A stretch of 64,000 nt of DNA from an uncultured bacterium (GCA_963727525.1 CAVSGO010000007.1:2272001-2336000), one strand, 5' to 3'. Counted from the first letter of the stretch, positions 29,802 to 40,085 are shown. Program-made: numbers and translations. Notes: generated by a model from the sequence alone, not told the origin.

Positions 29802-32141
29802 TCACTTCACCAGCACCACGCGCTGCCGCGCCGATGACCTGCCGTCGCGCAGGGCCATGAAGTAGACGCCCGCCGGCGCCGGGTGGCCCGCCGCATCGCG
29901 TCCGTCCCAGATGACGCGGTGCGAGCCGGCGTCCAGGCCCGACCGATCGAAACGGCGCACCCGCGCGCCGCGCACGTCGAAGACGTCGATGGTGACGTTG
30001 GCTGGCGCGGGCAGATCGAAGGCGAGGACCGTCGAACCCGCGAAGGGATTCGGCCACGCCGGCCGCATGGCGGTACGCGTCACCCCGGCGGGTTCGGGGG
30101 TTGCAGTACTCGAAGACCCAGGATGCCAGACCGCGATGTGCGACGAGCCGGTCAGGCCCGCCTGCACGAACTCGCCCCCGACCCAGAGCTGCCCGTCCTG
30201 CGCGTCCAGCGCGTGACCTCGGTTGTCGAGACCCGAGCCGAGCGCCTGCCAGGCAATGCCATCCCAGCGCGCGATACGGCTGACCGGCTGCCCCTCGGCC
30301 TGAGCGAATTGGCCGGTCGCGTAGACGTCTGCACCGATCGACGCGATGTCGTCCACCGTGGTGATGATACCACCGCCAACTGCGTGCCAGTCGGTGCCGT
30401 CCCACATCGCGACGTGACTGGCGGGCAAGCCGCCGGCCTGACTGAAGGTCCCCCCCACGTAGAGCAGGCCGCCGACCTCGTGGATCGCATAGACGGCGCC
30501 GTTGGTGCCGGAGCCCAGCGGCTGCCACGCGTTGCCGTCCCAACGGGCGATGTTGTTGACCACGACGCCGTCGACGGTGGTGAAGCTGCCGCCCATCACC
30601 GGATCGCCCTGGTACGAGCCGAGGCTGTAGAGGATCTGCACGCCGCCGACGACACTCGTGCCCAGGGGATCGAAGTCGCTGCCGTTCCAACGGCCGAGCG
30701 TGTACTGTCCGTTCCACCGACCGTTGGCATACAACACGCCGCCCAGCGCGACCACGCCGCTGACGCTCGACAGCTGCGAGCCCGTCCCCATCGCGCTCCA
30801 TTGCGACCCGTCCCACCGTGCGATGTTGGAGACGGTCACGCCGCCGGCGGTGGCGAAGGAGCCGCCGACGACGAGGTCGTCCTCGAAGGTCGCCATGGCG
30901 CCGACGAAGTTGATATTGCCGCGGGGAATGCCGCTGCCCATCGGTTGCCAGGCGGCGCCATCCCAGGACGCGATCACGCCGGTCACGTTGCCGACGCGGG
31001 CGAAACCGCCACCGACGACCTCGGTGCCGTTCCAGTCGTGGAAACACTCCACCGTGCCGCTGGCGCCCTGACCCGAAGCAATGGGCGACCAGGTGCCGTC
31101 GTAGCGCGCGAGGCCCGGCATCCAGGCGCCTCCGATCGTACTGAATTCACCACCGGCGATCAGATCGCCCTCCCGCTCGACGAAGGTGTACGCCCCGCCG
31201 CCGGTAATGCCGATGGTGTTCCAGAAGATGCCGTTCCAGAGGTTGATGTTTCCCCAGGCGTCACCGGCCACGACATCGCTGCCCAGGGTGCCCAATGCGA
31301 GGGCCTCGCCGCCGAACGACGGCTCGCCCAGCGCGCTGAACGACGAGCCGTTCCAGGCCACGACGCCGTCGGTCACAACGCTACCGGCGCGCGCGAAGTA
31401 GCCGCCGACGATGAGCGAGCCGCCCGACACGGCCAGCGCGCTGCCATAGGCGTTGTCGATGTCGCCACTGTCGTCGCTCAGACCGCCGCCCACGCTGGAC
31501 CAGGCACTGCCGTTCCAGCGCGCGAGGTTGCCGGCGACCACGCCGTCGACGATGTCGAACTCGCCGCACACGTAGAGCGAGCCGCCGTAGCTCGCGACGT
31601 CGGCGACATCGCCGTTGGTGCCGTCGTTCATGCCGTTCCAGCTGGTGCCGTTCCAGATGGCGACACCACCGGCCGTGACCGCGCCGCCGCCAACGCTCGA
31701 GAAAAAGCCGCCCACGGCGAGGTCGGCGTTCCAGACCGATAAGCTCGACACGCTGCCACCGACCCCGCCGCCCACGTCGACCCACTGCGCGCCATCCCAG
31801 CGCGCCAGGCCGCCAGTGATTTCGCCGCCGGCATAAAGTTCGTTGTTCCAGACGACGAGAGCAGACACGTCCGCATCGAAGCCGTCGCCCATCGCGTTCC
31901 ACTGGGTCCCATCCCAGCGGGCAACGTTGCCTACCGCGAGGTCGCCCACGGCCGTGAATGCACCGCCGATCACGAGGTCGCCGTCGAAGACGGTGGACGC
32001 CGCGAGATTGCCGGTCACGCCAGGCGCACCGAAGCGCGTGTCCCAGTTCTCGTCGCCGGGAACGGCGAGGGCGAGTTGACAGGCGAGGCAAATCAGCGCA
32101 ACGAACGTGAGAAGCGGGAACTGCCAGCGACCGTGGGCCAT
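29802..32141 (-). CDS. Secreted 'ARWDG..W' beta-propeller repeat protein (Rax2-like repeats) with FlgD/T9SS-like C-terminal domain
   Basis: More than 10 repeats of 'GGxF..AGG....IARWDG..W..LG.G'; WPNPF...RVVLVK tail; AGGAG RBS. Confidence 0.85.
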   Translation of the reverse strand: MAHGRWQFPLLTFVALICLACQLALAVPGDENWDTRFGAPGVTGNLAASTVFDGDLVIGGAFTAVGDLAVGNVARWDGTQWNAMGDGFDADVSALVVWNNELYAGGEITGGLARWDGAQWVDVGGGVGGSVSSLSVWNADLAVGGFFSSVGGGAVTAGGVAIWNGTSWNGMNDGTNGDVADVASYGGSLYVCGEFDIVDGVVAGNLARWNGSAWSSVGGGLSDDSGDIDNAYGSALAVSGGSLIVGGYFARAGSVVTDGVVAWNGSSFSALGEPSFGGEALALGTLGSDVVAGDAWGNINLWNGIFWNTIGITGGGAYTFVEREGDLIAGGEFSTIGGAWMPGLARYDGTWSPIASGQGASGTVECFHDWNGTEVVGGGFARVGNVTGVIASWDGAAWQPMGSGIPRGNINFVGAMATFEDDLVVGGSFATAGGVTVSNIARWDGSQWSAMGTGSQLSSVSGVVALGGVLYANGRWNGQYTLGRWNGSDFDPLGTSVVGGVQILYSLGSYQGDPVMGGSFTTVDGVVVNNIARWDGNAWQPLGSGTNGAVYAIHEVGGLLYVGGTFSQAGGLPASHVAMWDGTDWHAVGGGIITTVDDIASIGADVYATGQFAQAEGQPVSRIARWDGIAWQALGSGLDNRGHALDAQDGQLWVGGEFVQAGLTGSSHIAVWHPGSSSTATPEPAGVTRTAMRPAWPNPFAGSTVLAFDLPAPANVTIDVFDVRGARVRRFDRSGLDAGSHRVIWDGRDAAGHPAPAGVYFMALRDGRSSARQRVVLVK

Positions 32142-32741
32142 GTTGGTGACTCCTAGTGGATGTTGTGACGAGCCGAGTCGAGGGTCTCTGATAATACAAG
32201 AGTCAGAACGTCTGATCTAGTCGAAACAAATTTCCTTACCAATTTTCATCGCGACGATGAGGGAGCACCAATGCTAGGAACTTCATTAATCAACAATGGA
32301 GAGCATGGTCGAGCAGCGGGGGATAGAGTTAGGGTTGGGGACAAATCGGCCACGTGTTGAAACCCGGCACCGCCATTGCGCCGACTCGCTGACTCGATTC
32401 CACCACGTGTTTACCGCGCGCATGCGCAAGGATAACCCCTAGATTTCTCCACACGCCCACCACCGTCAGATCGCTTCGCCGTTCAACGATAGCGATTGCG
32501 TGGTTCCGCGCCGGACACGGCCCCACCCCCTACAGGCCAAATGTCAGGCCCCGCCGCAGCGGGTATTGCGTCGGGCGCACGTCGTAGATACGAGCGAGCA
32601 GCAGCGTCCAGCTGCGGGACGCGTTGTGGCACGGCAGGGGCCGGCGGAACCGGCCGATTTGCAACCCCGGCGCCTATACCCCGTATTGGGCGGACTGCGG
32701 TCGCCTGCCGTGCGGACTCACACTGCTCCTGGAGCCGAGTC

Positions 32742-33320
32742 ATGATGCGATTCTCTCTACTTATCGCCCTTTCGTTGTGCCTGTTGCTGACGGGCGGGGC
32801 CGCTGGCGTACCGGCTCAGAGCGAGATTCCCGCCGCTGAGGCGCTCGACACCGCCGTGAGTAAGTTCACGCTGCAGGGCGACCGGCTGATCCTGACCCAC
32901 AGTCACGCTCGGGCGGTCGACCGCGAAGCCGGCCCATCGGCGCTGCAGTCTTTCGATCAAGCGATCGTCTCGGTTGACGGCGTATTGACATTCAATGGTT
33001 CCGAGGTCTCCACCGACAAGCGCGACCGCAAGCTCCTGCGAAAGTTCTACCGGGAGGTGCGCGAACTCGATCGTGTGAACACCGACTTCTCAGCCGAAGT
33101 CGAGTTGGTCGTCAAGGCCAGCGTTGGCGACCGCGCTGAGGCCAACAAGGGTGGAGCTGCCGACGACAACCTGGCCGACCGCGTGGCCAGCGCAGTTGGG
33201 GGACTCGAGAAATCGGCCCACCGGATCGAGGCCCAGGGCGAGCGCGTCATGAAGATCGCAGCTGAACTGAAAGAGCGAATCCCGGCCCTGACCGATTTCG
33301 GCTGGAACCTGGATGACTGA
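32742..33320 (+). CDS. Exported helical protein, YggN/DUF2884-like
   Basis: GGAG RBS; signal peptide; 'DG.L.FNG.EV.....RKLLR.FY' and 'L.ERIPAL' pattern. Confidence 0.5.
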   Translation: MMRFSLLIALSLCLLLTGGAAGVPAQSEIPAAEALDTAVSKFTLQGDRLILTHSHARAVDREAGPSALQSFDQAIVSVDGVLTFNGSEVSTDKRDRKLLRKFYREVRELDRVNTDFSAEVELVVKASVGDRAEANKGGAADDNLADRVASAVGGLEKSAHRIEAQGERVMKIAAELKERIPALTDFGWNLDD

Positions 33321-33579
33321 GTTCACGGGCAAATTTCCTATTCCCGCCAGTCTATCCTTACCATCTTTCCCGCCAGGTCAAGAGGCTAGGCATCATGGGG
33401 GCCTGGCGTCCTCACTCCACAAACCAACCACCGCTCTCTCTCAGTTCGAAGACGGATTGGCGTTCTCCGCTGACGTTGGTTAAGATCCGGACTGCCCAAC
33501 TCTTGCCGATCATCGCTACACCCTACCGTTTCGCAAACAAGCGTCAGTTCTGGGCCTGCTGTGGTCCGGGTATTCTCAC

Positions 33580-33930
33580 GCGCAGCTCGTCGGATCGGGT
33601 GCGCACCCAGAGTGGCGAGCGGGTCATGCTCCCGTTGAGCGACACCCAGTCGGGCACGGCGACCTCGCCGCTGGGATAGTTGCCGCGGACGATATTCACG
33701 TACGCATCGGTCGGGTCGGTCGTCGGTGGCGGTGAAGGCGGTCCAGAGGAAGTCGTAGCTGACGGAGGTGTGGTTGTCGATGATCACATGCAGCGCCGCG
33801 TCCAGCGGCTCACCCTGCAGCTCGGCCGCGCTGGCGTCGTACCCCGGCGGCGGTGGGAAGTCGTAGGAGGTGAACGTGTCCACCGCGGTGGCGATGGGGT
33901 TGCCATAGATGTCGGCGACGACGTCACCCG
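33580..33930 (-). pseudogene. Chimeric remnant: N-terminal part of an endonuclease-I-type extracellular nuclease fused to an unrelated fragment
   Basis: 'LQGEPLDAALHVIIDNHTSVSYDFLWTAFTATDDRPD' resembles the start of Endonuclease_1 domains; the reading switches at a CCGACCGA-like repeat near 33705-33725. Confidence 0.5.
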
Positions 33931-34147
33931 CACCTACACCGTGGTCCTTTCAGAACCGACCCACCTCAGCGCCCGACGCCCATTCACCGACATGGAGACG
34001 ACGACGCCGGCGCCGTGTGTCCGGACATCGGCTCGACGTCGCCCGACGGGAACTTTGACTCCCGGCCCATGTTGACGATATTCTATCAATAGCCATCGGG
34101 TCGCCGATGGGGACTTCAATCGAAACCCGGACGGTCCGACTTTCGCC

Positions 34148-34552
34148 ATGCCGAGCCTACGTATCATCCTCGCCGTTCTCGGCCTTGCCATCATGGGAGC
34201 AGGAACGCAGTCCTCTCCTGTCAGCGGCCCCGGTCGACTTGCCTCGGCCCGGGTCGTGAACACCCCGGCTGTCCCGGTCGCCGAAGGTCGCCCCTGCCAC
34301 GCGTGTCGGCGAAGCGCCGGGAACGGCGAACGCCGTACCTGCCCCAGTAGGCCCGCGTCTCCTTGCGGCCCGGAGACGCCATGCCCGCAGTGGCAACCGT
34401 GCGCAAGTGGTGGCGTGTTTCTGGCGCCGGCGACCTTCCAGTTCGTACTCCCTCAGATGCGCGGCAGGGTCCAGCCGGTGGTCCACCGCCCCAACGAGAT
34501 CACATTGACCCCACCTGTGCCTCCCCCGCGCGGCCCTGTCCTTTCCTGTTGA
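34148..34552 (+). CDS. CutF/CruR (DUF2946)-like leader protein: signal peptide, CxxC, C-terminal polyproline arrest-like motif
   Basis: MPSLRIILAVLGLAIMG signal; CHAC plus further Cys; C-terminal TPPVPPPRGP; lies 47 nt upstream of a Cys/His/Met-rich gene. Confidence 0.7.
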   Translation: MPSLRIILAVLGLAIMGAGTQSSPVSGPGRLASARVVNTPAVPVAEGRPCHACRRSAGNGERRTCPSRPASPCGPETPCPQWQPCASGGVFLAPATFQFVLPQMRGRVQPVVHRPNEITLTPPVPPPRGPVLSC

Positions 34553-34593
34553 CGGTTCCTGTGTCATCGAGGTGTATCTCTACAAGAAGGGAC
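34538..34593 (+). promoter_or_regulatory. Anti-Shine-Dalgarno stem linking the leader ORF end to the RBS of the downstream gene
   Basis: GTCCTTTCCTGT (34538-34549) pairs with ACAAGAAGGGAC (34582-34593) at 11/12 positions, one of them G-U. Confidence 0.6.
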
Positions 34594-34599
34594 GAGACG

Positions 34600-35100
34600 A
34601 TGAAAACCATGCATCGCCTGACAGTTGTCGCCGTTATATTGACGGTCGTGATGATCGTGGCCGGACTGACCCTGGCCGCCGACAAGCCGGCCAAGGAGAC
34701 CACGGACAAGCCTGCATGCAGTGCTAGCTGCACCGCCACCTGTCCGGGGGCGACTGCCGCGAGCGACGCCCCGACCGCCGCAGCCGAGGCGCAGCCCACC
34801 AAAGCGACCGACGCCCCTGCGGCCACCGCAGCGGCGGATCCTCCCACCTGTCCTGCCCAGCAGGATGGGATGTGCTCACCTGAGCACCGCTCGCAGATGC
34901 AGAAGGACGGGACGTGCTCCGCCGAGCATTGTGCGCAGATGCAGAAGGACGGCACGTGTGCGGCCGAGCACTGCACGCAGATGCAGAAGGATGGGAAGGG
35001 CACGGCCGAGCATTGCGCACAGATGAAAACAGATGGCAAGTGCTCGGCCGAGCACTGCGCACAGATGAAGCAAAACGGCGAGGTGTCCGGCGCGAAGTAG
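34600..35100 (+). CDS. Exported Cys/His/Met-rich tandem-repeat protein (putative metal-binding, metallothionein-like)
   Basis: Signal peptide MKTMHRLTVVAVILTVVMIVAGLTLA; CSASCTATC; Ala/Thr/Pro linker; five 14-aa repeats. Confidence 0.75.
   Translation: MKTMHRLTVVAVILTVVMIVAGLTLAADKPAKETTDKPACSASCTATCPGATAASDAPTAAAEAQPTKATDAPAATAAADPPTCPAQQDGMCSPEHRSQMQKDGTCSAEHCAQMQKDGTCAAEHCTQMQKDGKGTAEHCAQMKTDGKCSAEHCAQMKQNGEVSGAK
34864..35073 (+). repeat. Five tandem 42-bp coding repeats (consensus DGxCSAEHCAQMQK)
   Basis: DGMCSPEHRSQMQK / DGTCSAEHCAQMQK / DGTCAAEHCTQMQK / DGKGTAEHCAQMKT / DGKCSAEHCAQMKQ. Confidence 0.95.
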
Positions 35101-35127
35101 ACCAGCCCGGAATCTTCCCTCGACACA

Positions 35128-35157
35128 GGGCGCCCTCCATTCGGGGGGCGTCCTTTT
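35128..35157 (+). terminator. Rho-independent terminator
   Basis: GGGCGCCCTCC-attc-GGGGGGCGTCC followed by TTTT. Confidence 0.75.
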
Positions 35158-35536
35158 CGCGCTCCGGCTCATGACGTCGGCGGCCAACGTCGACGAGTAC
35201 CACCTGCCCGCCGCCTTCGCGACCCGCATCGCCGCAAGCTGGCGCGTCGGACTATCGCGTGAGCGCGGGCGGTCCGAGATTGCAGCGAGTTCCTCGTGTG
35301 CGGGAGCGGTGCCTCGCGCGGTGGGTGCATGGAACGATGCCCGCAAATAGGCGTCTGGATGTTGGACGGTCGCGCGGTCAATAGTGATTCAGCGAATGAA
35401 ACAATTCTGAACGACATCTTCCGCGTCCGGAGCGATCCGCGCGACTATCCGGACCAGGACACGGGTTGCACCCCGGAACTGGTGGCTGACCCGTGTCGCT
35501 GGTCCGGATTTGCCTGTCTGACGGCCTACGCAGCCG

Positions 35537-38500
35537 TCATTTCACGAGCTGCAGCTTGCGCACCGTGGTGTAGCCCGGAGCGATGAGCCGCGCCAGGTAG
35601 GTGCCGCTGGCGACGCCGTCGCCGCCGTCACTGTGCCCGTCCCACACCGCCTCATGTCGGCCGGCGGGCAGATCCTCGCTGAGCAGGCGGCGGACCAGCC
35701 GACCGCGCAGATCGAAGATCTCGAGCCGGACGCGACCCGCGAGCGCCAGATCGAAGGCGATTCGCGTGCTCGGATTGAACGGGTTGGGAGAGATGCCGCG
35801 CAACGCCGTCACCGTCGGGGTGTCCACCGTGGGCACCGGCGTGGACACCTCGTCGAAGGTCAGCTCGTAATGCGCGCCATTCGCGCCATCGGCCGCGCCG
35901 ACCCTCCAGACAGCCAGGCAGTAGTAGCCGGTCTGGGGGACGTCGACGATCATCGTCTCGTCGGCACCGGCGCCGGCGATCCAGACCTGACCGACGATGC
36001 CGGCCGAGGCCGACTTGGCATGGAAAGGCAGCTGGCCGCGATGCAGCGTCAGACCCCAGTCGACGGGCGCGTTGTCGGTCTGGTGCAGCGTGATCTCCCG
36101 CAGGCCCGCCTGCAGCCAGATCTCGTGCAGGGCGATGGTCTTGCCCACGGTGAGGCCGAAGGAGCCGTAGGTCCCCGCCGGATCGGTGTCCAGCCAGTGC
36201 GAGGATACCGTCTGCGCGCTGTAGTCCTCGGTGCCGGAGAGACCAAGCACGCCGACGTCGAACTGTCGCGGCGACGTCGCCCGGAAGTTCACCAGCAGGT
36301 AGTCGGACTCCCCCGGACCCCACACCGACACCGCCTGGGCGATGGTGAAGCCATTCAGCACCGAGTCGATCTTCTCGTGCAGGCGCAGGTCGACGTCGCT
36401 GGTGTCGCCCGGCATCGCCGCGACGGCGAGCCACTGCGCCTCGTCGCCCGCCGGCGCGGGTACGGGGGTGCGCAGCCCGTCGCAATTGTACCAGGTCGGA
36501 TCCGTGTTCCAGGCCCAGACTGCCGGGAAGCCGCCCGTGGGATCGGGCGGGGCCGGGCGCACGATCGCCGCGGAGGCGGCCAGGGCCAGCGGCGACCAGA
36601 CGTACTGCTTGCCCATGGCGTTGTTCGTCTCGTCGCCCTCGACCACGGTGTTGCCCGAGTCCGGGAACATGGAAAGCGTGTGGCGGCCGCCGCTCACGGT
36701 CTGCGGGTAGGGGTAGTTGCGGATGCGGTCGGTGAAGCCGGCGAGCTGGCTGATCTGCTCGCCCAGTAGCGTCGAGCCGTCCAGGTAGGTCATGCTGTCG
36801 AAGAAGCTGGCCGCGCCAGCGTCCTGGTTGCGGAACTGGACGTTGATGTAGGTGGTCGCGGCACCGCCGACGAGGCCAAACGGCAGCGGCGTCGACGTCG
36901 GGGTGCCCGGTGCGCCGCTGGTCGGCACCAGGGGGGCGTACCAGCCGCCGCTGGTCAGCGGCACGAGGTCGGCCGGCCGCGTACGGGCGTACACCGTCGC
37001 CAGGAAGTGGCCCGACTGGCCCGCCGGGATGTCCCGCGGGTCCTGCCAGACGATCAGGCCCTGGGTGGCGCCGCCGTAGGTGAAGTCGATCTTGGCGAAG
37101 CCCGTGGCGTCGGTGACCGTGAGATTGTCCTCGTCGTCGAGGCCGGCATGGACGACACCGGCGTGCATGACCTTCATGCGCACCGGTCCGACTATCGGGT
37201 CGACCTGCATCGTCACCGTGCCGTAGTTGGTGCCGCCACCGCCGGGCAGCGTGAAGTGCCGCAGCGCGAGCGGCTCGTTCGGGCTGACCAGCACGCTGAC
37301 ATCACTGTCGGTGGCCAGCGAGGTGCTGGCGATGCGGCGAATCTGGAAGCCGTAGCCGTCGAAGGCGAAGTTGATGACCCCGACGTCCATGACCGACTCG
37401 GTGGTCTGACTGTTGTTGGAGAAGACGGCTTCGACGCAGCCGGCCGGCCGGTAGGTGGCGGCCTCGGTGTCGAAGTAGCCGAAACCGCTGGTCGGACTGC
37501 TGAGGTGGGTGTGCAGCCGCAGGTCGAAGTCGGAGGCGTCGTCGTCGGCGACCATGACCGCACCGACGAAGGTGTCGGAACCGAGTCCATAGGCGAAGCC
37601 GTCGCAGTTCGGCGCCGAGAGCAGGCCATGGGTGAAGCCGCCCCAGGCGTCGGGCGGGCGCTGGCGCGTGGTCCAGCTGCCGTTGCTCTGTAGCGTGAAC
37701 GGATACCAGACGAACTGCCGCGAGTAGATGTTGTCCTCCTCGTCCGCCTCGGGCATCTGTTCGTAGGCGTCGGCCCACATCTTGAGCGCGTGGCGGCCGC
37801 CGCGGACCGCCCACGGGCCCACGTTCAGGAAGGCCCGGTCCACGAAGCCCTCGAGGGGATAGATGGTCGTGTACCAGGCCAGCGCTCCGTCCTCCCAGAA
37901 GTTGAGGCGCAGGTTCGGGCTGGTGGTCAGCTCGCCCGTGTTTTTGACGCGGATGTTGAAGTAGGTGTCGCCGTTGCCGAGGAGCACCACGGGCAGGGGC
38001 GCCGAGACGGCCGTGGCGTCGCCGGTCAGGCGCGGCACGATGGGATAGGGCCAGGTGCCGGCGTTGGCCTCGATGTCGGCCGCGATGTAGGCGCGGATGG
38101 TGACCGGGCCGAAGGCGGTGTCGGCACCGCCGTTGCCGGCGCGGTCGACGGCGCGCACCGTGAACCAGTACACGCCGGGGGCGAGGTCGTCGGAGGTCCA
38201 GCTCGTGGCCGTCGTCTCGACCACCGTGTCCGGCGTCTGGGGCGCGTTGGCGCTCACGCGCACACTGTAGCCGGCGACGCCGGAAAAGGCGTCCCAGGAC
38301 GCGTTCCAGACGAGGTCCACGGTACCGTCGGGCGAATCGCCGGAGGTGACGTGGCTGGTCGAGGTCAGACCGCTGAGCGCCGACGGTGGGTCGTTGTCGA
38401 GGTTCGTGAAACGCGCGTTGGTCGCCGCCATCCAGACCGCGTCCGCCGACTCCGGGTAACGGTCGCGCAGGTCTCTGATGAGCTGGCGGGAGGTGACCGG

Positions 38501-40072
38501 GTCATCGCCGGCCTGGGTCATGAGCACGCGTTGCGCCGACCAGGTGACGGCGTCCTGGCCGCCGGGCAGGCCGTTGGGGTCCGTCTCGTTGGCGCTGTCG
38601 ACGATGTCCTGCAGGAAGGCGGCGATCATGCCCTCGGTGAGGTCGGCGTTGTCGAAGTCGTCGATGTGCTGCCAGTTGCACTGTAACACCGATTCGAAGT
38701 CGTAGTCGAAGATCGGCGAGAAGCCGTAGAGCGCCGGCCAGGTCGTGGTCATCGCGTTGGACATCCAGTCGGGGAAGCCCTCCTGGATGGCGTCGCCGCC
38801 GGTCTCCTCGCACCAGGGGCAGTGCCGGCAATCCTCGCCCGGCTCGTCGCAGCGGCCGCCCGCATTGCAGTAGTCCGAGCCGTTCGTCTCGGTGTAGAAC
38901 CGCTGCCAGTGGTGTCCGTACTCGTGGCAAATGGTGCTCTCGTACCACTGCTTGAAGGCGGGGATGTAGATGGTCCCCCAGAACGGCGTGTAATGCGGCC
39001 AGTCGCCGTCAGGCCAGGAAATGGTCACCTGGTCGAGGCCGCCGTACCCGTTGTCGTTCATCCAGCGCCAGCCCCGCGTGGCCGAGGCCAGCAGGTTCAG
39101 CCCCGGGTAGTGGGACTCGGATCCCGGGTGGCGGGTCCCGAAGTTGATCACGTCGCCGGTGAAGTCGTCGCGAGTGGGCGTGTGCCAGGCGTAGGTGGTG
39201 TTCCAGACGCTCGGATAGACCAGGTCGATCTGGGAATTGGCGGCGAGGAACTCGACGTAGATGTCGGGATCCTCGGAACCATAGTACCAGAACGTGATGT
39301 CGTACCAGCCGTCGGGTCCGAGCGAGGTCTGCGCCAGCAGATCGTCCCATTCCCAGTCCTCGTCGTAGACGTTGATCGTGACGCCGTCGGCGCCCATCGT
39401 GCGGCCGTCGCCCTGGTAGTCGCCGCTCGAGTCGACGGAGTTCCGGTCGTAGATGAAGCGGCCGTGGACGCGGATGGTGCGCCCGGTGGTCGCGGGATCG
39501 GTCGGCGCCTTGCGGAGGTCGCGCACGTTGGCGCGGACGATGGCGGCTGGTTCGGGGCGCGCGTAGGCGTCGCTGGGGGTCACGGCGGGCCCCAGATCGC
39601 TACCGACGATCAGCTCGGCGTCGGCTCCCCCGAGGGCGGAGTCCAGGCCTTGCGGCAGGAGACTGAAGCTCTGCACCGCCGAGCGGCCGCCGATCTGCAG
39701 CGAGATCTCGATGGGTTGTGACGGGTCGTTGCACATGAGCTGGACCGGATAGGTGACCGGCTGCAAGCCCTGCAGGTAGATGCTCTCCGGCAGCGGGAAG
39801 CTGACGATGTCCCAGGCGAGGCCGCCATCGGGCGTTTGGCTGGTGCGCAGTTCGGGCGCCGTGGCCAGGAGCGTGTTCGCGCTCGTGACCTCGAGATCGA
39901 AGTTGAAGGCCTGGCCCACCACGGGCAGGGCGCCGTCGGGTACGGTCAGGTGGATGCGCACGTCGGGGCCCACGTCGGCCAGGGCCGGCGCGGCGAGCGC
40001 CAGCGCCAGCGCCAGCGCCAGGACGAGGACGCCTGCCGGCGCGCGGTGGCGGCGGGATTGGGCGGTTCTCAT
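35537..40072 (-). CDS. Large secreted zinc-metalloprotease-like protein (HEXXH...E) with FnIII, duplicated CARDB-containing module and FlgD/T9SS-like C-terminal domain
   Basis: Signal peptide; CHEYGHH followed by 'AIQEGFPDW'; two 'GGRH.L...E.DE.NN/DN...Q.VW.P...PPD..GG...NCDG' units; ISPNPFNP...KLQLVK tail; AAGGAG RBS. Confidence 0.85.
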   Translation of the reverse strand: MRTAQSRRHRAPAGVLVLALALALALAAPALADVGPDVRIHLTVPDGALPVVGQAFNFDLEVTSANTLLATAPELRTSQTPDGGLAWDIVSFPLPESIYLQGLQPVTYPVQLMCNDPSQPIEISLQIGGRSAVQSFSLLPQGLDSALGGADAELIVGSDLGPAVTPSDAYARPEPAAIVRANVRDLRKAPTDPATTGRTIRVHGRFIYDRNSVDSSGDYQGDGRTMGADGVTINVYDEDWEWDDLLAQTSLGPDGWYDITFWYYGSEDPDIYVEFLAANSQIDLVYPSVWNTTYAWHTPTRDDFTGDVINFGTRHPGSESHYPGLNLLASATRGWRWMNDNGYGGLDQVTISWPDGDWPHYTPFWGTIYIPAFKQWYESTICHEYGHHWQRFYTETNGSDYCNAGGRCDEPGEDCRHCPWCEETGGDAIQEGFPDWMSNAMTTTWPALYGFSPIFDYDFESVLQCNWQHIDDFDNADLTEGMIAAFLQDIVDSANETDPNGLPGGQDAVTWSAQRVLMTQAGDDPVTSRQLIRDLRDRYPESADAVWMAATNARFTNLDNDPPSALSGLTSTSHVTSGDSPDGTVDLVWNASWDAFSGVAGYSVRVSANAPQTPDTVVETTATSWTSDDLAPGVYWFTVRAVDRAGNGGADTAFGPVTIRAYIAADIEANAGTWPYPIVPRLTGDATAVSAPLPVVLLGNGDTYFNIRVKNTGELTTSPNLRLNFWEDGALAWYTTIYPLEGFVDRAFLNVGPWAVRGGRHALKMWADAYEQMPEADEEDNIYSRQFVWYPFTLQSNGSWTTRQRPPDAWGGFTHGLLSAPNCDGFAYGLGSDTFVGAVMVADDDASDFDLRLHTHLSSPTSGFGYFDTEAATYRPAGCVEAVFSNNSQTTESVMDVGVINFAFDGYGFQIRRIASTSLATDSDVSVLVSPNEPLALRHFTLPGGGGTNYGTVTMQVDPIVGPVRMKVMHAGVVHAGLDDEDNLTVTDATGFAKIDFTYGGATQGLIVWQDPRDIPAGQSGHFLATVYARTRPADLVPLTSGGWYAPLVPTSGAPGTPTSTPLPFGLVGGAATTYINVQFRNQDAGAASFFDSMTYLDGSTLLGEQISQLAGFTDRIRNYPYPQTVSGGRHTLSMFPDSGNTVVEGDETNNAMGKQYVWSPLALAASAAIVRPAPPDPTGGFPAVWAWNTDPTWYNCDGLRTPVPAPAGDEAQWLAVAAMPGDTSDVDLRLHEKIDSVLNGFTIAQAVSVWGPGESDYLLVNFRATSPRQFDVGVLGLSGTEDYSAQTVSSHWLDTDPAGTYGSFGLTVGKTIALHEIWLQAGLREITLHQTDNAPVDWGLTLHRGQLPFHAKSASAGIVGQVWIAGAGADETMIVDVPQTGYYCLAVWRVGAADGANGAHYELTFDEVSTPVPTVDTPTVTALRGISPNPFNPSTRIAFDLALAGRVRLEIFDLRGRLVRRLLSEDLPAGRHEAVWDGHSDGGDGVASGTYLARLIAPGYTTVRKLQLVK

Positions 40073-40085
40073 GTCATGACTCCTT

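Noticed and set aside
34864-35073. CRISPR array or multiheme cytochrome
   Set aside because: The 42-bp units are contiguous in-frame coding repeats with no unique spacers and no cas genes nearby; the motif is CxxEHC, not CxxCH.
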